From assembly GCA_016929255.1 (NCBI GenBank), contig JAFGJH010000044.1, forward strand, positions 1-52,209: a DNA stretch of 52,209 nt, read 5' to 3'. A model generated the notes under the pieces. The model searched no databases and had not been told where the DNA came from. It worked only from the letters and a program-made list of their open reading frames with translations. This document shows positions 38,201 through 45,158 of the stretch, piece by piece. Numbering within the stretch: position 1 is the first letter of the stretch; every line of letters begins with the position of its first letter. The translations under genes and the position numbers were made by a program. The DNA is from Candidatus Woesearchaeota archaeon (GTDB lineage Archaea > Nanobdellota > Nanobdellia > Woesearchaeales > UBA11576).

Positions 38201-38393
38201 TCATTGTGGTTCCTGCCGCCGAACCGGCCTTCCCTGTGATGACATCCTTTGAGGCCACCATGAACGTGTATGAGTTCACGGCTATAAGCAGTATGGCTAG
38301 CACGAACAGCGCATTGTTGCTGATCCTCATCTTCTTGATGTCGTTCTGGTTCATTTTCTTTTTTTTGCTCGTTTGACTATCCTTTCCTGGCAA
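32265..38393 (-). CDS. Giant Cys/Asp-repeat surface protein (adhesin-like) with TM and cytoplasmic tail
   Basis: N-terminal TM; ~10 CxDxxDNDxDGxxDCxDxDC repeats; Ig-like domains; poly-Gly; TSP1-like WxCxxWxxC; 4 TCxDxIxNQxE..DCGGPC repeats; TM; ~170-aa tail. Alternative ATG at 38354. Confidence 0.88.
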   Translation of the reverse strand: MPGKDSQTSKKKKMNQNDIKKMRISNNALFVLAILLIAVNSYTFMVASKDVITGKAGSAAGTTMICIGVLPNITEPSPGSPEIINGTYNTSLWGSSVNFVDFYYYYFGIVEQWFGTDYDAENDSYFNATIDTTTIPDGNCNYRIIARSVGICNTSVVKGSVSFTINNVDVEPIWNEFKNEFSTNFSNYTSWVLMPEAHIVVPDAGRIVFTHRNFDSADLDSMFNISYNNITISVSPLTYACFYDINYLLTFFNITQFAEPVVLRNGVPCGYQCYNFSYDSGDYSFYVRVAGNDTFTVAEGGNLTLDFTFLNFTFLGFDLEGNKTFDNSPTINVTTFMHGSIQDIPISATCHIKTDYDPLTFTMMDITGGINHSHTLPEQNWSYLPTNMGHYPEIQHHDYYSGAHVVTVNCSAQGQEAVKNNSIYITYTQRDRVYYADGDTVEMYLHLEEPDLNISVDFSQIDSNFDPANVTVINDGLDYNISYNISHTNTKPDAQYNITIEASNSTGHETMNGTIFMYLHNTWLRSDIDDAFDCWSFKQGYYFDEVACDWESDLNHVTDNVDAFTVEVSCFDTIDNDLDGKTDINDTDCAGIYYTIRRSVGINSAFLGDPCFNNVCRVCLGDSDNNDDGICDSSVGVNVRYLNKVRPGQTLRAKFNKASINNLSVRVSINYLNDSFDVRDSTSSIEQLPRKELGGCAAGANCKSVTGTTFGPGLPDRFTGELNERINITLSAGSHLGPHPYLAAGKSIGGSSAFQNMVFFEVTSDAIANESDNATYCFDREDNDLNDQYDCFDISCNLTYNPANASQRCEYPHEITCDDGYDNDWDGYTDCQDNDCFQKNGTTGPCYAVENFNATSCADSINNDFDWGTRCNSSVSASYQTRQTNGTFAGTISLTDCLDIDCNGQVGNTLLGAICQYCTEITCNDYFDNDADHHYDCTGNAYRSSYERDCDRWHDVLLTCPMTELNCSDELDNDLDSDSMNGEYLWMGLPVYGGWDCQDLDCIYKIGDEATGALCEYRNETICDDKFDNDRDGYTDCEDPTSCKGLSGADFNMTGLCRPCAEIENISIDACRDGDDNDYDGPIDCADINCSGLPGPGIGLCGLTENNCTDGIDNDYDWLTDANDPDCATAIYTTDELGPGQCHDSIDNDNDGPADCADPDCAGTMICVLGSYNNPCYPIGYVGAIQVGRIRYVHAGDNFTACYTRNSLNTDSVVLKLGNIEHSLRNISPLLDNTTSFMTGTTTNFVKVNDTHGLKAQNDDGFSGNLNLNLTSTTDSSTIPGTYTLFISTSIPGVYSTTTTTTYIAENEPPTIDNITIAIGNVMTGPDEVKVQFTVNATDNGTYNSGIAFCTMNLSGVFVVNSSTCSHSANLTSGTYNISAIAYDGAMNPSDLFWREFTFTAATIPTQSGGFYNPHPAENYPDKNFFNDTEKLNIGVNFEGGSGFDDNDTGCVVNIRNSTHIVSTQYVNLSVVSDEAHCTGQVDLSPLMNLTNASNSSVFPSAVYYFDVTVQDNSSMSGTSTMEDFHFCHYYYDNASSKYRCRDACEEMLISNRPPALLSDIPNQTWPRGTKLSVIDLDDYFIDPDNDPITYTWVIDNPRINVSIDRTNLVTFAPDQTFYGFAYITFYANDYFTSTPSNIIMLEVLFTPLPQIPPIPAGGGGGGGANLTKIEICEEDWICTDWGPCLPSGYQFRTCRDRNECGSTNKMPNTTRECIYIPTCKDKIRNQGETGIDCGGPCPPCPSCTDSILNQQEEKVSQIMSADTKDRSDCGGPFCPVCPTCEDNIMNQGEENVDCGGPCGPCATCNDGIRNQGEVNIDCGGPCPSCKVHIEAKAFNWNLLLLIVSSLLLLLLLLLALLFGVFKKKFIRLKAKLLNYYMRLVRMFEKKKLVERELPILQWANVHLTSIEEQIPSKDEEHLANEVDKLVRILFKRVFLIRYAFTNDELVKELDKHKVPTVLKKAVEILFEELSQIKYGGESVDKEEIRTLIGQVRVITERLVNEIETKKKTKISISERDIEKISETLSGADKLGISETMKKMRK

Positions 38394-38423
38394 GTTCCTC
38401 TGGCGCGGAGGCTATTCTGCTGT

Positions 38424-38606
38424 CTAGCGCTTCTTCTGTCTCTCCAGTCCTATGTTCGGCAGCTCATCCTTGTAGCGGATGACCGTGTGGCGGATACCTT
38501 CCCTGACCACTTCAGCCTGGTTGTTGAAGTAACCCGCGTCTATCAGAACTTGCATCTGATCCTTCAGTTTCTTGCTTACCCTGATGTGCAAAAGCAAATC
38601 ATCCAT
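38424..38606 (-). CDS. Ribbon-helix-helix (CopG/Arc) regulator
   Basis: LHIRVSKKLKDQMQVLIDAGYFNNQAEVVREGIR; tttataaa TATA upstream. Confidence 0.85.
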   Translation of the reverse strand: MDDLLLHIRVSKKLKDQMQVLIDAGYFNNQAEVVREGIRHTVIRYKDELPNIGLERQKKR

Positions 38607-38690
38607 ATATCAGAATGATATATAAACGCTATTTATAAATGTTTCTGTAATTTTTACTATTTTTAAGTATTTGGGGCGCTTTATCAACCA

Positions 38691-38760
38691 TTAATAAAAA
38701 TTTTTATTAACTTTTGTTAGTATACAATCAATATACAATATGTATCAACCTAATATACGC
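38691..38760. promoter_or_regulatory. Putative operator region between divergent RHH and trm11 genes
   Basis: Perfect 20-bp palindrome ttaataaaaatttttattaa (38691-38710); direct repeat tatacaat x2; ataca-ata-tgtat. Confidence 0.45.
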
Positions 38761-38808
38761 GTTTTTTTGAGACAAAGTTATTTAAAACCCCCTTCATTCA
38801 GCTTATGC

Positions 38809-39780
38809 ATGAAATGCATATTCCTGCTCTCAGGGGAGAACCTCGACATCGCAAGGGAGGAGGTCCTGGCCCTCGCAGGCACAGAGGACCACTGGATGTT
38901 CGAGAATGTCCTCATCCTTGATGCTGATTTCAGGTTTGAGAGGCTCGCCATGGCCCGCAAGGTGTACCAGTACCTTTTCGAGTGCGACTACAGGGACCTT
39001 AAGAATGAGATGGAGCGGTTTGACTGGAAGAAGGTCTACGAGCGCAATTTCTCCATGCGCATAATCAACCTCGGCCATGTGAAGCTGCACGAGAAGGAGG
39101 CTGAGTTCGCCAAGTATGTCTGGCAGAAGGTGAAGGAGCCGCGTGTGGACCTTGAGCACGCCCGCACGAAGATAGAGATCATAGTCACAGAGGAGAAGGT
39201 GTTTGTCGGCAAGGTGCTGAAGGAGATACACCATGAGTTCCACAAGCGCAGGCCCAGTGTCAGGCCTGAGCAGCACCCTACCACGATAGACCCGAAGCTT
39301 GCCCGCGCCTGCGTCAACCTCACAGGCATACCTGTCGGAAAGATCCTTGTCGACCCGTTCTGCGGCAGCGGGGGCATACTCATCGAGGCGGGCCTGATGC
39401 GGTTCAACACTGTCGGCTATGACATCAGCGACAGGATGCTCCTGAAGTGCGAAAGGAACCTCGACTTCTACAAGATAAAGCGCTTCCGCCTTGAGAAGAG
39501 GGATGCCACCCACCTCTCTGGCCTGGTTGATTATGTAGTGACTGACCTGCCTTACGGCAAGAGCTCTAAGGTCACTGATGAATTGCCTAAGCTGTATGCT
39601 GATTTCCTCAAGACCCTCTGGAAGATACTGCGCTACAAGGCTGTCCTCATATTTCCCAGCACAGCGGACCACAGGAAGCTCCTGAACCAGACTGAGTTCA
39701 TCGTTGAGCACGAGTTCAACGTCTATGTCCACAAGAGCCTCAGCAGGAACATCGTACTTCTAAGCAAGCCTGAAAAGTAA
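38809..39780 (+). CDS. trm11: tRNA (guanine-10-N2) methyltransferase, THUMP plus MTase domains
   Basis: FLLSGEN, VDLEH, HPTTIDPKLARACVNL, DPFCGSGGILIEAG, VTDLPYG, VHKSLSR. Confidence 0.88.
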   Translation: MKCIFLLSGENLDIAREEVLALAGTEDHWMFENVLILDADFRFERLAMARKVYQYLFECDYRDLKNEMERFDWKKVYERNFSMRIINLGHVKLHEKEAEFAKYVWQKVKEPRVDLEHARTKIEIIVTEEKVFVGKVLKEIHHEFHKRRPSVRPEQHPTTIDPKLARACVNLTGIPVGKILVDPFCGSGGILIEAGLMRFNTVGYDISDRMLLKCERNLDFYKIKRFRLEKRDATHLSGLVDYVVTDLPYGKSSKVTDELPKLYADFLKTLWKILRYKAVLIFPSTADHRKLLNQTEFIVEHEFNVYVHKSLSRNIVLLSKPEK

Positions 39781-39786
39781 GTCCCT

Positions 39787-39881
39787 CCTTCCGGCCCCGC
39801 AACCCACCCTGCGCCGTCAGGAGAATGCAGACCACGAAGTTAGCTGCTGCAGAATGTCTGACTGTGGTTTTTCGCCGCAGG
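39787..39881. repeat. Intergenic hairpin element E6
   Basis: Stems cctgcg/cgcagg, accac/gtggt and gttag/ctgac; leader similar to 12139-12161. Confidence 0.3.
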
Positions 39882-39964
39882 CGTTGTTTTATATTATTCT
39901 TTTATGAGAAATCCCTAACCACAATCTTTTTAAACCGACCAGAACTCCCATTGCCTGCTGTTAT

Positions 39965-40077
39965 GCCCCCGTAGCATAGTAGCTATTGCATCTGACTTGT
40001 ATCAGTCTGTGCGTGGCATAGGCCCGTATTGCTGCGAAGCGATCAGAAGGTCGCGAGTGCAACTCTCGCCGGGGGCT
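39965..40077 (+). tRNA. tRNA-Thr(TGT) with 40-nt intron at 37/38 (40002-40041)
   Basis: Acceptor GCCCCCG/CGGGGGC with U73; anticodon stem TCTGA/TCAGA, loop CT-TGT-A^A; T arm GCGAG-TGCAACT-CTCGC; TATA tttttaaa ~30 nt upstream. Confidence 0.9.
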
Positions 40078-40081
40078 TTAA

Positions 40082-40774
40082 TCATATCCTATATTTCTTG
40101 TTTATCTCTCTTTGCAGCTCGAAGATGTTTTCAACCGCACTTGCAAAATGTTCGAGCGCATCATTTGACTTTCTCAAGGGGTTTATCCAGTCTGCACGGA
40201 ACTTGAGCCCTATCTCGTGTTTGCTTTCATGTTCGACAGGGACATAATGCATGCTGATGGAGAAGGAGGTAGGACCCGAAGCAGTGCCCCAGTCTATGCT
40301 GTCCAGCTCTGTGAGGTTTTTGACAGCGGATTCCAGGAGATCTTTTGCTTTGCGTACTTCAGCGATGACTTTTTCATCTGCTGGCAGGAGTCCGGCTGCG
40401 GTTGTGTCAGTTTTATGGCTCAGAAGCCAGGCCTTCACTTCATTTGCTACCATCTCGATTGCAGGAAGGTGGATCTTTGCGCTGATGGCAAGTTGCAGGG
40501 ATTCTTTGATCAGTCTTTTGAACCTCCTGTATCTGAATCCGCCTTTGATGCTGAAGGATTCTCCGAATATGTCTGTCTTGTATGGCTTGGCCAGTTTTAT
40601 TGCGCGTCTTGAATACTTCAATGCAGAACTGGTGTCAGTGAGGAGGAGTTTCTCCTCTTTTTTTGCTGCCTTCAGTAGTCCGACAAGCGTACCCTTAGGC
40701 TCATCTGTGCTTATTTCGAGCAGACCGCTCGTATGGGTGACTGTTTTCAAAGATCCCATCTTGTGACTTTTCAT
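40082..40774 (-). CDS. Hypothetical protein
   Basis: Basic, helical ORF; ATGA-coupled to the upstream small gene; converges on the tRNA-Thr 3' end. Confidence 0.6.
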   Translation of the reverse strand: MKSHKMGSLKTVTHTSGLLEISTDEPKGTLVGLLKAAKKEEKLLLTDTSSALKYSRRAIKLAKPYKTDIFGESFSIKGGFRYRRFKRLIKESLQLAISAKIHLPAIEMVANEVKAWLLSHKTDTTAAGLLPADEKVIAEVRKAKDLLESAVKNLTELDSIDWGTASGPTSFSISMHYVPVEHESKHEIGLKFRADWINPLRKSNDALEHFASAVENIFELQREINKKYRI

Positions 40775-40935
40775 ACCTTCACCAGCTTGTATGCCACCGC
40801 CCCAAGCACACAAAGCCCTATTCCTGCGTAAAGAAGGGGTTTCTGGTTCCAGAAATATCCGACTATGGCCATACATGCGCCAAGTGTGAAGAGGCCTCCT
40901 CCGATGACACCCATGCCCTGCGCTCTTTTGTCCAT
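40771..40935 (-). CDS. Small two-TM protein with class III signal-like N-terminus
   Basis: MDKRAQ followed by GMGVIGGGLFTLGACMAIVGYF and a second TM. Confidence 0.6.
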   Translation of the reverse strand: MDKRAQGMGVIGGGLFTLGACMAIVGYFWNQKPLLYAGIGLCVLGAVAYKLVKV

Positions 40936-40972
40936 GCTGTGAGAAATAGTGCTGCTGAATAAAAACTTATCG

Positions 40973-42139
40973 TTATATTCCTTCTTTCCGGACAATATTC
41001 TGCCATTCTTCTTCATCTATGGGCTCTGCGCGGTCGAACAGCGTTGGATGCTCTTCGACGAGCTTCTCAAGCTCTATCTCCAAGTTCTTGGGGTATTCCC
41101 TTTTTACTGCTCTCATCTTTCTGAAAAGATCAGAGTCGCACGCCAGCAGCCTGCGCAGCATCTCTTCGTTGTCCACGTCGAAGGTCGGCATCGCCACGTC
41201 GCATATGTTCATGCTTCCGTAGCACTTGTTGCCTGTGATATGGTATGCCGCGAGCTCGTATTCATCCTGGCTCATGTTCTCGGCAGCCCATTCCTTGCCC
41301 CTGTCGTGCGCTTTCCTGAACTTCCTGTAGAGCACGGCCCCGAGGAGGAACCCCCACAGCACGGTGGGTTTCTTGGTCGCGTGGCCGAGAGTGTATTCCT
41401 TGAATATCTCATATATCTTCCTCCAGTTCCTCTTGTTCTTCTCGCCTTTCTTGGTGAGCAGGTGCCTGTTGTCATAGACCGCTTGTGCCAGGTTCCAGAC
41501 TTCGTCAGGTATCCTGAGCGGCTTTCCCATCACCATGTTGTTTGCCCTTATCGCAGTGCCTGCGAAAGGGAATAGCGCTGTCTTCAGCTCAGGAGAGCAG
41601 AGTATCTCCCCCGCCACGTTCTCGAGATCTGTCAGCTCTGCCTCTCTTGAGAATCCCACAACATAGTCTGCGCTCTGGTCTGATGTCTCTATGAACCTGC
41701 TGATGTCCGCTCCTGTCATGAAGGGGCTGTCGCCGTAGAGCCCGACTGTCCGGAGGTCATGTGCCCCCGCGTTCCTCCTTAGGTACGCCTGTGTGGGTGT
41801 TTTATCGTACTCGAATGTTTCGAATCCTGCGTCAGGGAGTATGTGGTATGATATGGCTGACCTGAGGTTTGATATTATGCTCCCTTCGTCTGGTATGACT
41901 ATCAGCCTTTCATCATCTGTCGGCCCGCTCTTTGCGAGCGCGTGGTGCATCCTCGCCAGGTCTGTCACGACATAGACCCTTCTTAGCTCAGGGCAGTCGA
42001 GCGCTGCTTCTATCACATATTCTACTATCGTCTTTCCGCATATCTTTATGAACGGTTTATAGTCCTCAAGATCGCCTAGTTTGAGCTTGGAGGTGCCTTT
42101 GGTGCCTGCGAGAATTATTGCATCTATGTCCCTTTCCAT
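40973..42139 (-). CDS. MobA/NTP-transferase family nucleotidyltransferase
   Basis: DAIILAG, KPFIKICGKTIVEYVIEA, GDSPF and FDVD motifs. Confidence 0.8.
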   Translation of the reverse strand: MERDIDAIILAGTKGTSKLKLGDLEDYKPFIKICGKTIVEYVIEAALDCPELRRVYVVTDLARMHHALAKSGPTDDERLIVIPDEGSIISNLRSAISYHILPDAGFETFEYDKTPTQAYLRRNAGAHDLRTVGLYGDSPFMTGADISRFIETSDQSADYVVGFSREAELTDLENVAGEILCSPELKTALFPFAGTAIRANNMVMGKPLRIPDEVWNLAQAVYDNRHLLTKKGEKNKRNWRKIYEIFKEYTLGHATKKPTVLWGFLLGAVLYRKFRKAHDRGKEWAAENMSQDEYELAAYHITGNKCYGSMNICDVAMPTFDVDNEEMLRRLLACDSDLFRKMRAVKREYPKNLEIELEKLVEEHPTLFDRAEPIDEEEWQNIVRKEGI

Positions 42140-42253
42140 GCCTGACCATCTCTCCACCCCTTTCCAGCAATTGTTGTGGTGGCGGCATATTTTAATCTTT
42201 CTGAACATTTGGCATTAAGTTTAAATATGAGCCCGGAATCATCCTGTTCTGTC

Positions 42254-42706
42254 ATGAAAGAGCTTTATGAGGGTTTGAAGGCCAGGTACAGGATTCCTGC
42301 CTTTGATGTCATGGACAGGGAGTTTGAGATATCTACTATAGAGGATGATGAATTCCTTCTCAGGGAGATAAGGCGCAAGATAGAGGATAAGTTGGAGTCT
42401 GCTGTCAAGATGTTCAATGAGCTTCTTCATCCGGAGTCTGGCTTCGCGAGCTACAGGGAGGCGAATGTGTTCAGTGATGCTGACCGCGAGGCGATAATAC
42501 TGCTCTACAAGAGGCTTATGTACTTCAACAGGCTCGCCACAGAGCTTTCTTTTGATGATTCTGATGAGCTGAACGCGAGGTTCATCAATGATTTCATGAA
42601 GGAATGGCCTGAGCTCAAGAGGTCCATCCTTTCTTTTGTGAGGAGGATGAAGGAGTCCTGGCAGAAGGACATTCCGAAAAAAGAGGTTGTGGGGTATTTA
42701 GGATGA
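42254..42706 (+). CDS. Hypothetical helical protein
   Basis: ATGA-coupled to adk; tttaaata TATA ~25 nt upstream of ATG 42254. Confidence 0.75.
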   Translation: MKELYEGLKARYRIPAFDVMDREFEISTIEDDEFLLREIRRKIEDKLESAVKMFNELLHPESGFASYREANVFSDADREAIILLYKRLMYFNRLATELSFDDSDELNARFINDFMKEWPELKRSILSFVRRMKESWQKDIPKKEVVGYLG

Positions 42707-43338
42707 AGAACATAATACTTATCGGAGCGCAGGGCGCAGGCAAGGGGACTTATGCTTCTCTTCTGAAGGTGGACTTGGACATTCCGCACATCTCCACTGG
42801 CGACATGTTCAGGGAGGCCATCAAGAACCAGACCCCTGTAGGGCTCGAGGCCAAGAAGTTTATCGATGCAGGGAATCTCGTGCCTGATGAAGTGACGATA
42901 AAGCTTGTCGATGAGAGGCTGAAGAAGCCTGACTGCAAGAAAGGGTATATGCTTGACGGTTTCCCAAGGACTCTTCCCCAGGCGCAGGCTCTGGACAGGA
43001 TAACCAAGATAAATCATGTCATAGTTCTTGACGTTCGTGAGGATGTTGTGCTCCAGCGTCTCGGCGGCAGGATACAGTGCAGGAAGTGCGCAGCCATCTT
43101 CCACCTGACTAACCTTCCTCCGAAGAAGAAAGGCATCTGTGACAAGTGCGGCGGTGAGCTGTACACGAGGGAGGATGACAAGCCCGAGGCCATCAGGAAG
43201 CGCCTTGCGACTTTTCATGAGCAGTCCGGCCCGCTCATAGCTTTCTACGAGAATAAGGGTGTTGTCCATCATGCTGACGCGAACAGCCCTGTGCCGAGGG
43301 AAGTGGCTGATGAGATATTGAAGCTGCTCAAGGCTTGA
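42703..43338 (+). CDS. adk: Adenylate kinase (long, Zn-lid type)
   Basis: GAQGAGKGT, HISTGDMFR, GNLVPDEV, LDGFPRT, CxxC...CxxC lid, REDDKPE. Confidence 0.96.
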   Translation: MKNIILIGAQGAGKGTYASLLKVDLDIPHISTGDMFREAIKNQTPVGLEAKKFIDAGNLVPDEVTIKLVDERLKKPDCKKGYMLDGFPRTLPQAQALDRITKINHVIVLDVREDVVLQRLGGRIQCRKCAAIFHLTNLPPKKKGICDKCGGELYTREDDKPEAIRKRLATFHEQSGPLIAFYENKGVVHHADANSPVPREVADEILKLLKA

Positions 43339-43403
43339 TTCTTTTTAAAGCTCAAATCGTTTTGAGCAACATTTTTTATATTTCCGTTTTCTCCCGGCAT
43401 AGC

Positions 43404-44117
43404 ATGGAGATTGACCATCCGATACAGCAGAGCATAGTATTGAAGCTTATCCATAAGCCTGAGATGTCTTTCTCGGAGCTTCTGGGTGATGAGAAGGAGT
43501 CTAATAAGTTTGCTTATCATCTGGGGGTGCTTGAGACAAAGGAGATAATACAGAAGGAGAACGGATACTATTCCCTTTCTGCGCTTGGCAAGAGGCTCTC
43601 TTCTTTTATTGAGGGAGATACCGGCCAGAAGGCTGCGTTCCCTACGTTCGCCCATGTGCTCATAGTGCAGGACTGCAACAAAATCCTCGCTCAGAAGAGG
43701 CTGAAGGAGCCGTTCTATGGTTACTGGGGCCTGATGTCAGGCAAGATAAACTTTGGTTTCAATGTCGAGGAGTGTGCACGAAGAGATATCGAGGAGGAGT
43801 GCGGCCTGAAGGCTAACAAGTCTGAGCTTATCGGCATAAACCAGGCAAAGACTTATGAGGATGGCAAGCTGCTCCACCATCACATCATGTTCTACGTCAG
43901 ACTGGGTGGGCTGGAAGGTACTCTGAAGTCCAAGACCCACAAGGGTGAGAATGCCTGGATGACCATCGATGAGTTCAAGAAGAAGGAGCGCTTCCCTGAC
44001 CCTTGGTTCGACGCTGTCATGAACGCGAAGGGCTTTGTCAGCATCGAGACAGAGCGCATCATGAAGGACGGGAAGTTTGTGGACTGCAGGATGGGCACGA
44101 TGAAGACATTGCCTTAG
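43404..44117 (+). CDS. wHTH-NUDIX fusion protein
   Basis: MSFSELL...FAYHLGVL...YSLS wHTH; KRLKEPFYGYWGLMSGK...ARRDIEEECGL Nudix box. Confidence 0.82.
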   Translation: MEIDHPIQQSIVLKLIHKPEMSFSELLGDEKESNKFAYHLGVLETKEIIQKENGYYSLSALGKRLSSFIEGDTGQKAAFPTFAHVLIVQDCNKILAQKRLKEPFYGYWGLMSGKINFGFNVEECARRDIEEECGLKANKSELIGINQAKTYEDGKLLHHHIMFYVRLGGLEGTLKSKTHKGENAWMTIDEFKKKERFPDPWFDAVMNAKGFVSIETERIMKDGKFVDCRMGTMKTLP

Positions 44118-45103
44118 GCCATCATCCTTTTCACAGCCATTGTCGCATAGCAGCCTTTAGGCAGGAAGAATTTCACTAAGAATTCTTTTTCTCCTTTCTT
44201 TTCAATCTTCATCTCCTTGACCTCTGCGACCATATCCCGCATCCCGCCTTCTGAACTGAGCTCAGGCATCTGTCTTATCACGAAGTCCCTTTCTGTTATC
44301 TCTTCTTTTTTCATGATATCCCTGATTATCCGCATCACTTCCTGCTCTCCCTGTTCAGTTCCGAAACCCACTATCTGGACCTTCATCCGCGGAACCGAGA
44401 CCTTTGGAAAACACAGCTCTCCAAGGCTGTAAGGCACTTTTAAGACATCATACTTACATTGTAAGTATTGACTTACTGCTGTGTTCCAGAGCCAGCTCTG
44501 GTATGCGTGGACATGCATGATCCTTATCTTCAGGGGAAGGGTCTTCATCGCCCCTACAAAGTCTGTCGGGCTCTCTTCAAGATGCGACCTGACTGACTCC
44601 GCATCTATTGCTGCGCATGCTTTCTTGAGCTCTCCTTTCACGATGGATCTCCCCACCTCTACATTTGTCTGCGAGAATCTTTGCTCATCGAAGTAGTTGA
44701 TGAACTGAGCTATGGAAGCAGGCTCCTTGTCGCACTCCCGTATCATTATCTCGAAGCGGTTGCCGTCGAGCTCGCCGAGGCTTATGGGGTTCTTTCCTCT
44801 TCCAATATGCTCCAGTGAGATGTCCTCCGTGTTGAATCTCTCGAACCTTCCCGCGCCGATCCTGCTCGCAGGGTCATTTATTGATATCGCCTGCCTTGTC
44901 ACGGCCTGCTTGTCCTTGTTGCCTGCGAAGCCGATGTCCTTGAGCCTGCACTTGAGGAACCTGCTTATGCTCTCCAGTGCCTTGACAGTTGTGTATCCTC
45001 TTTTTCTCAGCCAGAAATAGGCATACTGCTCTGAATCCTCCAGCTCAAGCTGTATCTGCTCTTCCACCACAAATTCTTCTGGCTTTTCCTTTATCTTGTA
45101 CAT
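44114..45103 (-). CDS. truD: tRNA pseudouridine(13) synthase TruD
   Basis: IKEKPEEFVVEE, FAGNKDKQAVTRQ, GELDGNRFEI, NYFDEQRF, HAYQSWLWN, FFLPKGCYAT. Confidence 0.95.
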   Translation of the reverse strand: MYKIKEKPEEFVVEEQIQLELEDSEQYAYFWLRKRGYTTVKALESISRFLKCRLKDIGFAGNKDKQAVTRQAISINDPASRIGAGRFERFNTEDISLEHIGRGKNPISLGELDGNRFEIMIRECDKEPASIAQFINYFDEQRFSQTNVEVGRSIVKGELKKACAAIDAESVRSHLEESPTDFVGAMKTLPLKIRIMHVHAYQSWLWNTAVSQYLQCKYDVLKVPYSLGELCFPKVSVPRMKVQIVGFGTEQGEQEVMRIIRDIMKKEEITERDFVIRQMPELSSEGGMRDMVAEVKEMKIEKKGEKEFLVKFFLPKGCYATMAVKRMMA

Positions 45104-45120
45104 GACATTTTTTTGCGCTC

Positions 45121-45140
45121 GAAAGCCTTATAAATATTTG
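45121..45140. promoter_or_regulatory. Central BRE/TATA probably serving both truD and tRNA-Arg
   Basis: gaaagccttataaatatttg lies ~25 nt from both the truD ATG (45103) and the tRNA 5' end (45159). Confidence 0.5.
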
Positions 45141-45158
45141 CAGTTTCACAGGCCATAT

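Noticed and set aside
27433-38393. Diversity-generating retroelement targets
   Set aside because: No reverse transcriptase and no TR/VR pair with adenine-specific mismatches was noticed; not exhaustively computed
40078-45158. Integrated element between the two tRNAs
   Set aside because: No integrase, no duplicated tRNA 3' end, and the interval contains adk and truD
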